A program made the position numbers and the translations under genes. Of a DNA stretch of 64,000 bases, positions 62,805 to 64,000 are shown piece after piece (position 1 is the stretch's first letter; every line of letters starts with the position of its first letter). The stretch is taken from assembly GCF_028641065.1 (NCBI RefSeq), contig NC_073393.1:16244001-16308000 (forward strand), written 5' to 3'. The DNA comes from Leucoraja erinacea (Eukaryota). The notes under the pieces are model-generated. The model was given only the letters and a program-made list of their open reading frames with translations. It was not told where the DNA came from and ran no database searches.

Positions 62805-64000
62805 ATTGGTGAAATTTGTGCTAATTATTTCTGAGTATAGAAACGATGTCTGCTTGGGAATCCATTCTGCGGAGATTATTCTTCACCGGAGTGAACGGGG
62901 AGATTCACAATCGAGCTTCGAATAATTAGCAGGTGTGGACAATGAAATAGTTGCTTTGCTCAACCCAATGCAGGACGGTATATGCAACTTCCCTTATGGT
63001 CTTTCCTCAGGGAAAGTCACAGGTGGTTCGAGTTTTTCAGTGCAAAGCAGTGAATGGCCAGAAATAGTGACAATCACCGAATACCATTTGCTCAACGGTG
63101 CGCTTGTTCAAATGAGAATGCTGGTGAATCAATGTGGAAGTCGGCACGCCGTTGTAGAACTAGGATGCCTGTCAAGCCACACACATGCAAACAAAAACAA
63201 CGTAGATATAAGGAACCGCATAAACGGGTCTTGAGAATAACACAAATGCTGGAGTAACACAACAGGCCAGCCGGCATCTACGGAAAGATGGATAGGTGAC
63301 TATTTGAGTCCTTCTTCAAATGTGTTGTAGTAGAGGGAGAAAGCTGGAAAAGACCTAAGTGGATACAGGTGAAGGGGGTTGGATTAGAAGCCGGTGGTGG
63401 AGAAAGGCTGGAACTACAAAGCAAATAAAAGGCTGACAGTTAAAGATAGGACAGGAATGAAATTTAAGGCCAGATGGGGGGAATATAGACATTAGGGCGG
63501 GGGGGGGGGGGGGGGGGGGAGAGAGAGAGAAGGGCGGAATAGCGGAATAAATGTGTGCGTACCGGGATGGGGGAAGGACACAGGAAAGAAATACGGGGAA
63601 GGGAGAGTGTTACATAATTGGAAAACTGGTGAATTTAATGTTCCCACCATTGCTTATAATATTGATAGCTAAATTCGATATCTAAATTAACAATCACCAG
63701 ATGCAATTGTAAATCCATATATTTCATGGTTAAATGTAAAGGGAAAGTATACGGTTAATTGCCCTTTACAATATTGATCCGCAGAGGAATGTTGAGGTCG
63801 TGATCAATAGCTTCCTGAAAGTGACAACACCAGTAGAAAGAGTGGTAAAGAAGGCGTGTGGCGTGTTTGCCTTCATTGGTCGCGGCATTGAACCGTACGG
63901 GAGTCATGATACGGCTCCCTGGCGCTTTAGCTAGAAAGCATTTGTAATAATACGTGCAGTTATTGCCGCCTCATTACAGGAAGGATGTGAAGAAGTTTAC

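Larger units (their letters stand above)
55507..64000. repeat. Segmental duplicate (or alternative haplotype) of 24373-34195
   Basis: Colinear SINE, CR1, L2, CR1-end and activating tail exons at high identity, with large indels. Confidence 0.9.

Overview
Repeat-rich vertebrate genomic DNA. The CR1, Penelope, V-SINE and HERO repeat mix points to a cartilaginous fish, probably a skate or ray (inference). There is one 100-N scaffold gap at 55407-55506. Between the transposons lies a cluster of spliced immunoglobulin-superfamily receptor genes on the minus strand with an antigen-receptor-like but non-rearranging VJ-C1-TM-tail architecture. Gene 1 (exons 20932-20612, 17130-16819, 15808-15695, 14883-14840, 14175-14017) has an uncharged TM and an ITIM-bearing tail (LSYANL, AEYAEL, VVYSTA), so it looks inhibitory. 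Gene 2 (exons 40225-39905, 35670-35359, 33548-33443, 32392-32317) has a ~94% identical ectodomain but an unrelated Arg-containing TM and a short Tyr-free tail, so it looks activating. A third copy of the activating TM and tail exons lies beyond the gap (62738-62633, 61571-61496). There is also a truncated V-exon relic (40692-40781) and probable tail exons of a convergent plus-strand paralogue (1313-2306). Together these look like a paired activating/inhibitory VJ-C1 immune receptor system whose ectodomains have been homogenised by conversion or exon shuffling. Leader exons were not confidently found. The rest is CR1, L2, Rex1 and HERO LINE remnants, Penelope termini with minimal hammerhead cores, a Helitron-like element carrying two satellites, and Tc1, hAT and Harbinger-type DNA elements. 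Most short ORFs in the track are by-products of these repeats.
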